Part shown: positions 8,059-16,643 of the stretch, one piece after another
Layout of the letters: each line of letters opens with the position of its first letter
How positions within the stretch are numbered: the stretch's first letter is position 1
Origin: Methanomassiliicoccaceae archaeon
GTDB lineage: Archaea > Thermoplasmatota > Thermoplasmata > Methanomassiliicoccales > Methanomethylophilaceae
Reading direction: 5' to 3'
NCBI GenBank assembly: GCA_003560875.1
Contig: PWJQ01000035.1
Coordinates: 7,182-71,181 of the forward strand
Length of the DNA stretch: 64,000 nt
Position numbers and translations under genes: made by a program
The notes under the pieces: generated by a model
Seen by the model: the letters and a program-made list of their open reading frames with translations, nothing else
Database searches by the model: none
Told to the model about the DNA's origin: nothing

Positions 8059-8870
8059 AATGAACCTACCAGCTTCTCCTGCATACGGGCATAGAAGTTG
8101 TCCTCGAAGCGCAGGAAACGACCGTAGTCCTTGGACAATGAGAACTCAACGGTGGTGTGGCCCTCGATGTGGTACTCCCTCTGCCCGTCTATCACCAGAA
8201 GGCAGCCCCGGTCCATCAGGAGCTCGACCTTTATGCGGGCACTGGTGGGGACCACCATCGGCCGGGCGGCGAACTTGTAGGGGGCCATGGGCACGAACAC
8301 GAACGCGTTGACATGAGGGTCGATTATAGGCGAGCCCACGCTCATGGCGTAGCACGTGGAACCGGTCGGGGTGGCCACGATGACGCCGTCGGCACGCAGC
8401 TCGGTAGCCACCTGGTCGTCGACCATTATGCGGAAATGTCTGATCTTGGCCACCGTGTCGGTATGGATCACGGCCTCATTCATAGCGTCCGCCAAGCGCT
8501 CGCCGCCGTAATCGGTGCGTAGTTTGAACCGTTTCTCGACGAAGTACTCACCCTTTCTGACCTTGGCGAAGCACTGCTGCATCGCCTCAGGACAGACCTC
8601 GGCGAGGAAACCCACCGATCCGGCGTTGATGCCCAGTATTATGGCGTCGTTCTTCTGCATGGCACGGAGTATGGTGCCGTCACCGCCCACGGTGACCAGT
8701 ATGTCCACCTTCATATCCTCCAGGGGCTCCCCTTTCAGACCTATGGCTTCAGCGAGCTTGGCCTCCAGGACAACATCCTCGCCCTCCAGATGCTGCATGA
8801 CCTCCCGACTGACCTCGATGGACCTGTCGATGCTTAGGTTGGTGTATACGCCGTATCTCACAACAACCAC
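8055..8870 (-). CDS. nadK: NAD kinase
   Basis: Contains the GGDGTILR motif and has typical NADK length. GTG 8870 is the track start. GTG 8861 has better spacing to AAGGAG and forms a GTGA overlap with the upstream stop. Confidence 0.88.
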   Translation of the reverse strand: MVVVRYGVYTNLSIDRSIEVSREVMQHLEGEDVVLEAKLAEAIGLKGEPLEDMKVDILVTVGGDGTILRAMQKNDAIILGINAGSVGFLAEVCPEAMQQCFAKVRKGEYFVEKRFKLRTDYGGERLADAMNEAVIHTDTVAKIRHFRIMVDDQVATELRADGVIVATPTGSTCYAMSVGSPIIDPHVNAFVFVPMAPYKFAARPMVVPTSARIKVELLMDRGCLLVIDGQREYHIEGHTTVEFSLSKDYGRFLRFEDNFYARMQEKLVGSL

Positions 8871-9634
8871 TCCTTGATACGTGAGTCGCCCACGGCCAGG
8901 AAGTTGCTCCTGGTCTCAAGTTCGAAGGGCATGTCCATCAATGTGCCGTCAAGGTTGAATATCTCCCCTCCGGCCTCCCGCAGTATGAGATGGCTGGCGG
9001 CTATGTCTATGACCCTTATGCACTTGGAGAGGTCCTCGGAATTCATCATGAAACCATCGGCCACGCCGGCGGCCACCAGGCACATCTCTATCGATGCGCA
9101 TCCGTAGGCCCTTGTGCGGCGGCATTCCTTCAGTACACGGAATGTGTCAGGATGGGCGGCGCTGCCTAAGTACAGCATCATCGTCAGAGCGTCCCTCTGC
9201 GACTCCTTGCGGACCTGCATGCGGCAACCGTTGAGGAATGCCCCCTGACCCTTGACGGCGTGATAGACGTCGTCGGTCACCAGGTTGCGTATGTAGGCGT
9301 ACTCCACATCGCGGAGGGAGTCCTTGCCTACCGCCAGGGATGCTGTGTACAGAGGCACGCCCATGATGGAGTTGTAAGTACCGTCGATGGGGTCCAGGAC
9401 CAGGGTCATGTCCCCGCCACGGTCCACGAAGCCGATCTCCTCGCTGAGTACATTTAGCGCAATCCCGTTCTCTTCCAGATAGGAAAGCACCACGTTCTCG
9501 GCACACTTGTCGATCTGAGTGGTGGGCGTCCCGTCCGCCCCTTGGCACACCTCCGTCCCGCGGTCACAGGAATCGGGCATGTCACGGGCGGTGTCCCGTA
9601 TCAGAAGGGACAGTTTCTCCAAGAGCTCCATCAT
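8858..9634 (-). CDS. Inositol-monophosphatase-family phosphatase (IMPase/FBPase/NADP-phosphatase type)
   Basis: LSEEIG and LDPIDGTYN metal-binding motifs are present. ATG 9634 (MMELLEKL) is chosen because a TATA-like element (cccaattatagg on the coding strand) lies ~25 nt upstream. The longer track ORF (to 9718) adds a non-conserved, His/Arg-rich extension. Confidence 0.8.
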   Translation of the reverse strand: MMELLEKLSLLIRDTARDMPDSCDRGTEVCQGADGTPTTQIDKCAENVVLSYLEENGIALNVLSEEIGFVDRGGDMTLVLDPIDGTYNSIMGVPLYTASLAVGKDSLRDVEYAYIRNLVTDDVYHAVKGQGAFLNGCRMQVRKESQRDALTMMLYLGSAAHPDTFRVLKECRRTRAYGCASIEMCLVAAGVADGFMMNSEDLSKCIRVIDIAASHLILREAGGEIFNLDGTLMDMPFELETRSNFLAVGDSRIKEWLL

Positions 9635-9738
9635 CGTCAGCTCATGGTGGTGGCGCCTATAATTGGGTTTTGTTACAGTCGGGGTCAGAAACGATATTAT
9701 GTAACGATGTTGATTCATTCCGGTTGAAATTGCATCAT

Positions 9739-12261
9739 GTGGTAGGACTGGCAGACCTGGGCGCTGACGCCCTGGAGACTGTGGGCGGTAAAGCGAGCAA
9801 CCTTGCGGTCATGTCCCGTGGGGGCATGCCGGTACCGGATGCCTTCGTGATATGCACATCGGCCTACCATCTTTTCCTGGAGGAGACGGGCCTGGGCGCC
9901 AAGATCTCATTCCTTCTCGATAAACTGGATTTCAACGACCGGGAGGAGATGGCCGCTGCCGCGGAGCGGATTCAGACCATGATATCGTCCCAGGTCATGC
10001 CCTCCTCCTTGAAGGAAGAAATCGATGAGATGGCCTTGGGACTCGGCGGACTGTTGGCGGTGAGGTCCTCGGCGGTGGCCGAGGACATGCCGGATGCCAG
10101 TTTCGCCGGTCAGCAGGACTCCTTCCTCAACGTGGAGGCGACGGACGCATCCGTATACGCCCGACGTTGCTGGGCCTCCTATTGGAACGAGAGGGCGATG
10201 ATCTACCGTCACGATGCCCGGGTGCCGCACATGGAGGGCGGCATGGCGGTGCTGGTGCAGAGGATGGTGGACTCCCGTGCCTCCGGCATAATGTTCACCG
10301 TCGATCCAGTCACCGGCGAGGATCGTACCGTCATCGAATCGGTCCGTGGTCTCGGTGACCGTCTGGCGAGCGGGGAGGCGGCACCGGACCGCTTCGTGGT
10401 CTCCCGCGACGGTACCGTGGTGGTGGCCGATGACGCCGACGGCCTTTCCATAAGTGATGCCGAGGCGACGATGCTCTCAATGATGGGCGCCGACCTTGAG
10501 CGCCTATTCGGTTCACCCCAGGACGTGGAGTGGGCTTTGGACTCTGACGGTGTGAAACTGCTACAGTCCCGTCCGGTCACCACCGTCGCCGAGGACGACG
10601 GCATACTGTGGACCCGGGCCTACGGTGATGAGTACTGGGCCGATGCCACAACTCCGCTGTTCTTCTCCGTCATGGGTCCGATGCTCACCGATTACGTCAA
10701 CCACGAGGGCGCCCGCATAATGGGATACAAGGCCATACAGGACAGTCCCCTGCTACGGTTGCACAAATCGCACATTTACTTCAACACCTGGGTCCTGGAG
10801 CAGGCTTTCAGTTACTACCCCCGCTACGCCCGTTCCAAAGAACTGCTCAACTACTATCCTGCAAGCGAGAGGGAGAGGATCGCCCGTTCACCGTCCCGCA
10901 CCGGCATGGCATTGATGTCGCAGCTACGGGTGGCGGTGCGCGACCCTGACGGGATGCTAAACCGGACCGACCAGGCTTACAAGGATTGGGCATCCCGCTT
11001 CATGAAGCAGTGCCTGCGCTTCGACCGTCTGGACCTAGCGGCGATGGACTACGGACAGCTGAAGCGCGTGTATGCGGAGATCGAGGGTGCGGCCATCGGC
11101 CATTATCGTCTGATACGTTATGGGATGGTCTCCCATTCCATAGCATCCAACATGATCGTCAAACAATGGCTACGTTCGTGGCTGGATGATGATAGCGGCG
11201 AGCTCTACTCCAAACTGATCTCCGGCCTCCGTGGCAACAAGACGCTGGAGACCAACGTGGCGCTGTCGAAGTTGTCGTTGCACGCCGCCAAGGACCGCCA
11301 TGTGGCCGCCGCCCTGAGGTCCATGGACAACGAGGAGTTCATGAATGCCATGAGAGACGACCCGATGCTCGATAACTTCCATGAGCATCTGGACGAGTTC
11401 CTCTACGAATACGGCCACCGTTCACACACCCGGGAGATCATATATCCCCGCTGGTCGGAGGATCCGGGAATGGTGCTCGACGTCCTCCGTGTACTGCTCG
11501 AATCGCCTACCGACCTCTCCAAGGTGGAGGACACCAGGGTAGGGGAGAGGTTGGAGGCGGAGAAGAAGGTCTTCTTGGCGTTGAGAGGGATGAAGGCGGG
11601 CAGGGTGAGGGCTATCGTTTTCGAGAAGGTCCTCCGTCTGGCCCAGACATATCTGCTGTTCCGGGAGAACCAAAGGTTCTTCCTGGACCACATACTGTTC
11701 CGCCAACGACTGATACTCAAGGAGTACGGGAACAGACTGCGGGACGACGGCGTCATCGACGATAGCGAGGACGTGTTCTTCCTTGAGCTCAAAGAGGTCT
11801 TCGCCCTTCCCGGTGAGGATCCGCGGAGACTGATCGCACAACGCCGCCGCGACTTCATGCGCCATCGTGACGCCTTGCCTCCTAAATTCCTCAGAGGAAG
11901 GATGGAGTTCGATGACACCGTCACCCGCATGGATGATTCCACGGTCATACAGGGTAGCGCCGCCAGCCCCGGTGTGTTCCGTGGCAGGGTACGGGTGGTC
12001 TCATCGGTCCGTGAGCTTTCCGCGGTCGAGAAGGGCGATGTGTTGGTGGCGTCCAACACCGACCCGGGATGGACGGCGGTCTTCCATCGCTTGGGAGGGC
12101 TTGTGACCGAAACTGGAGGCATACTGTCTCACGGTGCCGTTGTGTCCCGGGAATACGGCATTCCCGCCGTCACCGCCGTCAAAGGCGCCACAACGGTATT
12201 GAAGACCGGTCAGATGATAACCGTGGACGGCAACGAGGGAGTAATCAGATTGGAGGAATGA
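9739..12261 (+). CDS. PEP-utilising-enzyme-family dikinase with N-terminal ATP-grasp (PPDK_N), long central domain and C-terminal phospho-histidine swivel domain (rifampicin-phosphotransferase-like architecture)
   Basis: N-terminal GGKASNL and AVRSSAVAEDMPDASFAGQQDS. C-terminal GDVLVASNTDPGWTAVF and TETGGILSHGAVVSREYGIPAV (catalytic His). No PEP/pyruvate TIM-barrel domain. The start is uncertain: the track uses TTG 9670, and GTG 9739 lies ~37 nt after a gatattatg TATA-like box. Confidence 0.75.
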   Translation: MVGLADLGADALETVGGKASNLAVMSRGGMPVPDAFVICTSAYHLFLEETGLGAKISFLLDKLDFNDREEMAAAAERIQTMISSQVMPSSLKEEIDEMALGLGGLLAVRSSAVAEDMPDASFAGQQDSFLNVEATDASVYARRCWASYWNERAMIYRHDARVPHMEGGMAVLVQRMVDSRASGIMFTVDPVTGEDRTVIESVRGLGDRLASGEAAPDRFVVSRDGTVVVADDADGLSISDAEATMLSMMGADLERLFGSPQDVEWALDSDGVKLLQSRPVTTVAEDDGILWTRAYGDEYWADATTPLFFSVMGPMLTDYVNHEGARIMGYKAIQDSPLLRLHKSHIYFNTWVLEQAFSYYPRYARSKELLNYYPASERERIARSPSRTGMALMSQLRVAVRDPDGMLNRTDQAYKDWASRFMKQCLRFDRLDLAAMDYGQLKRVYAEIEGAAIGHYRLIRYGMVSHSIASNMIVKQWLRSWLDDDSGELYSKLISGLRGNKTLETNVALSKLSLHAAKDRHVAAALRSMDNEEFMNAMRDDPMLDNFHEHLDEFLYEYGHRSHTREIIYPRWSEDPGMVLDVLRVLLESPTDLSKVEDTRVGERLEAEKKVFLALRGMKAGRVRAIVFEKVLRLAQTYLLFRENQRFFLDHILFRQRLILKEYGNRLRDDGVIDDSEDVFFLELKEVFALPGEDPRRLIAQRRRDFMRHRDALPPKFLRGRMEFDDTVTRMDDSTVIQGSAASPGVFRGRVRVVSSVRELSAVEKGDVLVASNTDPGWTAVFHRLGGLVTETGGILSHGAVVSREYGIPAVTAVKGATTVLKTGQMITVDGNEGVIRLEE

Positions 12262-12262
12262 C

Positions 12263-13156
12263 ATGGAGGATTTCACACCCCAGATGCCAGGCAAGGAAGA
12301 GGATTGGAGCGAGAGCCTCTATTTCAACTTCCATGACCGCGAGAATGACATCACGGCGTTCATGCGTATCGGCCTGAAACCGAACCGCGGTCACAAGGAG
12401 GCTTTCCTGTTCATCATGACTGAGGATATGGTGTGCGGCATGCGCTCCGCCATTCCTATCGGGGATGGCGACATGTCTGTCAACGACCTGTCCTTCCGAA
12501 AGGAGGGAAGCGGTTGGAGATTGTCTTACAACGGTCAACTGGGAAGCATGACCGAGGACGGACCCATACCGATCGAGGCCTCACTGGACATCTTATGGAC
12601 TCCTCTGAACGAGGAGTTCGACTACCGTCGCTGCGTGGATGAAAGGGCGGAGAAGATGGCCGCGGCAGTGGCCGCCGAACACCGTGAACAGTACGGTGAG
12701 GCGGTGGGTGCGGTGAGTCTGGGTTCCAAGCGGCTCCGCGTCAGAGGCCTGGGCGAACGTGACCACAGTTGGGGCGTCCGCGATTGGAACGCCCCTCGGG
12801 AGTGGATGTGGATCAACTGTCACCTCGACCGTCGCACATCCCTGAACCTGACACGCCTGGTCGTTGACCAGGGGGAGGTGGTGGCGGGATTCGTTCATCG
12901 TGATGGAGAGAGCCATCCTATCGTGAGGGCTAGGGTCGAGACCCGCTACTCGTCCAAAGGCGGACCGCAGTCCTTCGACCTGGATATCACCGATTCCGAA
13001 GGGAAGCGCCACATCATCGGCGGGAGCGTGGTCAGGGAGACGGTGCTGCCCTTCGAGAAGGATGGTGTGCGCAGTCTGCTCTTTGAGACGCTGGCGGAAT
13101 ACGATTGGAAAGGCGGGAAGGGCTACGGCATAGCCGAGTATCTCATCCGTACCTGA
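12263..13156 (+). CDS. Hypothetical protein, translationally coupled to the dikinase
   Basis: ATG lies 1 nt after the dikinase stop. The 297-aa soluble product carries WSESLYFNF and GERDHSWGVRDW segments. No family assigned by eye. Confidence 0.6.
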   Translation: MEDFTPQMPGKEEDWSESLYFNFHDRENDITAFMRIGLKPNRGHKEAFLFIMTEDMVCGMRSAIPIGDGDMSVNDLSFRKEGSGWRLSYNGQLGSMTEDGPIPIEASLDILWTPLNEEFDYRRCVDERAEKMAAAVAAEHREQYGEAVGAVSLGSKRLRVRGLGERDHSWGVRDWNAPREWMWINCHLDRRTSLNLTRLVVDQGEVVAGFVHRDGESHPIVRARVETRYSSKGGPQSFDLDITDSEGKRHIIGGSVVRETVLPFEKDGVRSLLFETLAEYDWKGGKGYGIAEYLIRT

Positions 13157-13805
13157 CCACAAGCTCCTTGCGTAATCTGAGACCGAGGGCGGAACGCTGA
13201 CGGGAGGGAGACCGTTCCAGACTTGAACAGGTCTCCATGACCGCCTTCCGACATCCATCGCCCCGACGGGCTATGGACCTCATCGCCCATGCCATCGACT
13301 TATGCACCAGGGGACGCTTGTCGTCAGCGTATCTTTCCACCAGTTCCAGCATGGATATGAAGGACGGATCGTTATCCAAACCCTTCGTTGAAACCGCCGC
13401 CGCTGCGATGGTGGCGAACGCCGCCCTCCGCACGAAGAGTCTTTCATCATCGGCCCAACGTGCCGCCCATTCCAAGCAAAGAGGATTATGTCTGACGAGG
13501 TTCATGCACAACTGGTCGCAGGTCTCCCAATCATTCACTTCCTGCAACCACCCCATCACGGCGGCCTCATCGGCGGAGTTGGCCGGAGCTATCAAGGTGG
13601 CCAGTATCCTTGCCTCCCTCTGCCCGGTAGACCATAGCTGATTGGCAAGGGCCTGGTCCTTGCCTATCCTACGGCCCAATGCCCGGAGCTGGGGCATGCT
13701 GACGCCCAATGCGTTCGCGGTGTCGATACCGAAACGAGACATCCCCTGCAATGACGCCGGGTCCGCCAGCTCCCTCAGAGTCTCAAGTACTCCTTTCTTG
13801 TCCAT
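13143..13805 (-). CDS. DNA alkylation repair protein (AlkD-like HEAT-repeat family), tentative
   Basis: Helical-repeat protein whose general pattern (LW...E.R..A, NDWETCDQ) resembles the AlkC/AlkD family. ATG 13805 (MDKKGVLETL) is preferred over the track start 13844. Confidence 0.5.
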   Translation of the reverse strand: MDKKGVLETLRELADPASLQGMSRFGIDTANALGVSMPQLRALGRRIGKDQALANQLWSTGQREARILATLIAPANSADEAAVMGWLQEVNDWETCDQLCMNLVRHNPLCLEWAARWADDERLFVRRAAFATIAAAAVSTKGLDNDPSFISMLELVERYADDKRPLVHKSMAWAMRSIARRGDGCRKAVMETCSSLERSPSRQRSALGLRLRKELVVRYG

Positions 13806-13849
13806 GTCAGGCCTGATATGCTTATATGGGATTCGAACATGCATAAAGC

Positions 13850-14506
13850 ATGCGCATACCTGCGGAGCTCAGCGACAGGCTAATGGAGGCTAACGGCCGC
13901 CCCTACACCTTGTCGATTGACCCCGGTCACAAGGTCTACGGCGAAAAACTGATGATGCGTGGAGGCAAGGAGTGGAGGGAATGGTCGGTGAGCCGCAGCA
14001 AACCCGCCGCCTATCTTGCCGCCGGAGGTTCTTCGTTCCCATTACGTCGCGACAACAGTCTTCTTTATCTGGGTGCTGCCAGCGGGACCACGGCCAGTCA
14101 CTTCTCCGACATCCTGGATCAGGGAGCTGTGCACTGTCTGGAGTTCTCCCCCCGCTCCTTCCGCGACCTGGTCAGGGTCTGCGGCAGGAGGGGCAACATG
14201 ATACCCATTATGGGGGACGCCACCCGGCCGGAGAGCTTCGCCTTCGCCGTGGGGGATGTGGATATCGTGTACCAGGACGTCGCCCAGAAGGGTCAGGCCA
14301 CAATACTGGCTGACAACATGGACGCCTTCAATGCCGACCTGGGGATGCTGGCCGTCAAGGCGAGGTCCGAGGATGTGACCGCCTTACCGCGTGATGTTTT
14401 CATTGCCGCCCGTGACCTGCTTAAGTCCAGGGGCTTCAAGGTCATGGAGTGCAGACCCCTCGACCCGCATGAGAAGGACCATGCGATCATGGTGGTGGGA
14501 AGATGA
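13850..14506 (+). CDS. flpA: Fibrillarin-like rRNA/tRNA 2'-O-methyltransferase
   Basis: WREWSVSRSK and the SAM-binding LLYLGAASGTTASHFSD segment, with typical length. It is not adjacent to nop5. Confidence 0.88.
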   Translation: MRIPAELSDRLMEANGRPYTLSIDPGHKVYGEKLMMRGGKEWREWSVSRSKPAAYLAAGGSSFPLRRDNSLLYLGAASGTTASHFSDILDQGAVHCLEFSPRSFRDLVRVCGRRGNMIPIMGDATRPESFAFAVGDVDIVYQDVAQKGQATILADNMDAFNADLGMLAVKARSEDVTALPRDVFIAARDLLKSRGFKVMECRPLDPHEKDHAIMVVGR

Positions 14507-14856
14507 GCACCGTGTACTGCGTCGGCATGAAGGGCTCCGAGTTCCTGATGATATTCAACCCCCGTCGTGGCGGGTGGGAGATGCCGGGAGGTCGGGTGGA
14601 AGAGGACGAGAGCATCCGTCAGGCAGCCGTACGGGAGTTCGCCGAGGAGTGCGGATTAGAGCTCGAACTGCTCGCCTGCCGACCGATATACGACAGCAAC
14701 GTATGCTTGGGGACCGTGGGGCCAGAGATCGCGGATGGCGAGATGGAGTACCGGTTCTTCAGCTCGCTGCCATCGCCGTTGGCATTCCCCCGCGAGGAAT
14801 ACATCGAAGTACTGGAATGGGCGTATTCCCTGATGGGTCTCGAACAACCTTTATAA
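14503..14856 (+). CDS. NUDIX hydrolase
   Basis: Nudix box GGRVEEDESIRQAAVREFAEECGL (G-x5-E-x7-REUxEExGU). ATGA overlap with the flpA stop. Confidence 0.85.
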   Translation: MSTVYCVGMKGSEFLMIFNPRRGGWEMPGGRVEEDESIRQAAVREFAEECGLELELLACRPIYDSNVCLGTVGPEIADGEMEYRFFSSLPSPLAFPREEYIEVLEWAYSLMGLEQPL

Positions 14857-14891
14857 GCGTCGATAAAAATCACCAGCTGAGATTGACCGAG

Positions 14892-15437
14892 ATGGCAGCA
14901 ATACGCGTCGAAAACATGGTATCATCAACCGCTTTGGCCAAGAAACTTGACCTTCAGTCGATAGCTTTGGCCTTGGAGAATGCGGACTACGACCCGGAAC
15001 GCTTCCCCGGATTGATTTACCGCCTGAAGGAACCCAAGACCGCAATACTTCTGTTCCGCAGCGGCAAGGCGGTGTGCACCGGTGCCAAAAACCTGGATCA
15101 GGTCAAGGAGGCCATCGCCAAGGTCTCGGCTCAGCTGCAGGAGCGGGATGTCGAGGTGTTCGATGACCCGGTCATAGAGGTGCAGAACATGGTCGCATCC
15201 GCCGATCTGCAACACGAGATAAACCTCAACGCCATGGCGATAACCATGGGACTGGAGAGGGTGGAGTACGAACCCGAGCAGTTCCCCGGGCTCGTATACC
15301 GCATGTCATCGCCCAAGGTGGTACTGCTGGTGTTCAGCTCCGGGAAGCTCGTCTGCACCGGGGCCAAGACCCTGGATGATGTCGAACGCGCGGTGGCGAT
15401 GATCGCTGACGACCTCAAGAAGGCGGGCATCATCTGA
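14892..15437 (+). CDS. tbp: TATA-box-binding protein
   Basis: 181 aa with two internal repeats (ENMVSSTAL...RFPGLIYRL...LLFRSGKAVCTGAK / QNMVASADL...QFPGLVYRM...LVFSSGKLVCTGAK). The in-frame upstream part of track ORF 14391..15437 overlaps flpA and the nudix gene, so it is not coding. Confidence 0.95.
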   Translation: MAAIRVENMVSSTALAKKLDLQSIALALENADYDPERFPGLIYRLKEPKTAILLFRSGKAVCTGAKNLDQVKEAIAKVSAQLQERDVEVFDDPVIEVQNMVASADLQHEINLNAMAITMGLERVEYEPEQFPGLVYRMSSPKVVLLVFSSGKLVCTGAKTLDDVERAVAMIADDLKKAGII

Positions 15438-15438
15438 T

Positions 15439-15555
15439 TCAGATGTCGTCCAGGCCCTCGTTCCAATTCTTGATGCCGTATATCACGCAGAATGCGGCCA
15501 CCAGCAAAGAGAGCAGATAGGCGACCGATATGTACGGGTCCTCTATTCCTAGCAT
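15439..15555 (-). CDS. 38-aa single-TM peptide (MLGIEDPYISVAYLLSLLVAAFCVIYGIKNWNEGLDDI), absent from the ORF track
   Basis: ATG 15555 is preceded by AAGGAG with a 9-nt spacer and by a TATA-like agttaaataatcc ~65 nt upstream. It has one clear hydrophobic helix and a stop TGA at 15439..15441. From memory it resembles the small accessory peptides encoded next to sodium:solute symporters. Confidence 0.55.
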   Translation of the reverse strand: MLGIEDPYISVAYLLSLLVAAFCVIYGIKNWNEGLDDI

Positions 15556-15720
15556 GTTGTCTTTCTCCTTTCCCCTATGACGCTCCTGGCGTCGATTTAC
15601 TATTAGATCTCGGGATTATTTAACTGTGACCGGGGAGGGGTGGCTGAAACATCCTGGTCGAGAGTTGTCCGCGGTGCGAATGCATTTCATATGTACGGGT
15701 GCATTAGGTGGTCGTTCAAC

Positions 15721-16089
15721 ATGGACTGCCCCTTCTGCTCCCCGCCCGGGGATGAGGTCGTTATCAGCAACCACGCGGGATACGTGCGGCGTGACCGCTA
15801 TCCTGTGAACCACGGTCACATGTTGGTCATACCCCACCGTCACATCGGCGGTTATTTCCAATGCGATGAGGAGGAGAGGGAGGGCCTCTGGAAGTTGGTG
15901 GAGGAGGCCAAGGGCTTGCTCGATGACGAGATCTCCCCGGATGGCTACAACATCGGCATAAACATCGGCGCGGCGGCCGGGCAGACGGTCATGCACCTGC
16001 ACATCCACCTGATACCGAGGCACCATGGCGACATGGACGACCCCCGTGGCGGCGTCAGAGGTGTTATACCGGACAAGAGGATATACTGA
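15721..16089 (+). CDS. HIT-family (histidine triad) nucleotide hydrolase/transferase
   Basis: N-terminal CPFC, NHGHMLVIPHRH and the HLHIHLIP histidine triad. ATG 15721 is chosen because a TATA-like catttcatatg lies ~30 nt upstream. The track ORF starts at 15640. Confidence 0.82.
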   Translation: MDCPFCSPPGDEVVISNHAGYVRRDRYPVNHGHMLVIPHRHIGGYFQCDEEEREGLWKLVEEAKGLLDDEISPDGYNIGINIGAAAGQTVMHLHIHLIPRHHGDMDDPRGGVRGVIPDKRIY

Positions 16090-16179
16090 GACGGCTCCAC
16101 GAAGGTGGTGAAGGGCTTATATACTAGGAGTAGGATTGGCAAAAGCCTCGCCGCCAGACGATTCAATTGGAGGATCAAA

Positions 16180-16635
16180 ATGGCAAGAATGCACGCAAGA
16201 AAAAAAGGAAAATCATCCTCACGCAGACCCCTCATCACAGAGAACCCGGAGTGGGTACCCATTTCCGCAGCCGACATAACTGACCTGGTCGTCAAGATGG
16301 CCAAGGACAACGTGTCATCCGCGAAGATAGGTCTGGTCCTGAGGGACCAACACGCCGTCCCCGATGTGAAGTTGGCTACGGGCAAGTCTATTAACGAAAT
16401 CATGGCGGAGAACGGCGTAACAGCCGACATCCCCGAGGACATGGCCAACCTCATGAGGAAGGCCGTCAACCTGAGCGTTCACCTCAAGGACCATCGCATG
16501 GACGTTGGTAACAAGAGAGGGATGCAGCTGGTTGAGTCCCGGATTCGTCGCCTTGAGAGATACTACAAGCGGAAGGGCGTACTGTCGCCTGACTGGAAGT
16601 ATTCCATCAAGACCGCCGAGCTGATGCTCAAGTAA
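16180..16635 (+). CDS. rps15: 30S ribosomal protein S15 (uS15)
   Basis: MARMHARKKGKSSSRRP N-terminus and C-terminal ESRIRRLERYY are typical of archaeal S15P/S13e. GGAGGA lies 6 nt upstream of ATG 16180. Confidence 0.92.
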   Translation: MARMHARKKGKSSSRRPLITENPEWVPISAADITDLVVKMAKDNVSSAKIGLVLRDQHAVPDVKLATGKSINEIMAENGVTADIPEDMANLMRKAVNLSVHLKDHRMDVGNKRGMQLVESRIRRLERYYKRKGVLSPDWKYSIKTAELMLK

Positions 16636-16643
16636 GGTGGCAT

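Noticed and set aside
14391-14891. In-frame N-terminal extensions offered by the ORF track. Examples are 167 extra codons before TBP, 109 before Nop5, 113 before aIF5A, 40 before DapA-Fae paralogue 2, and 74 before the glutaredoxin-like gene.
   Set aside because: The extensions overlap upstream genes in other frames and lack conservation-like sequence. Internal ATGs with SD/TATA signals give proteins of canonical length.
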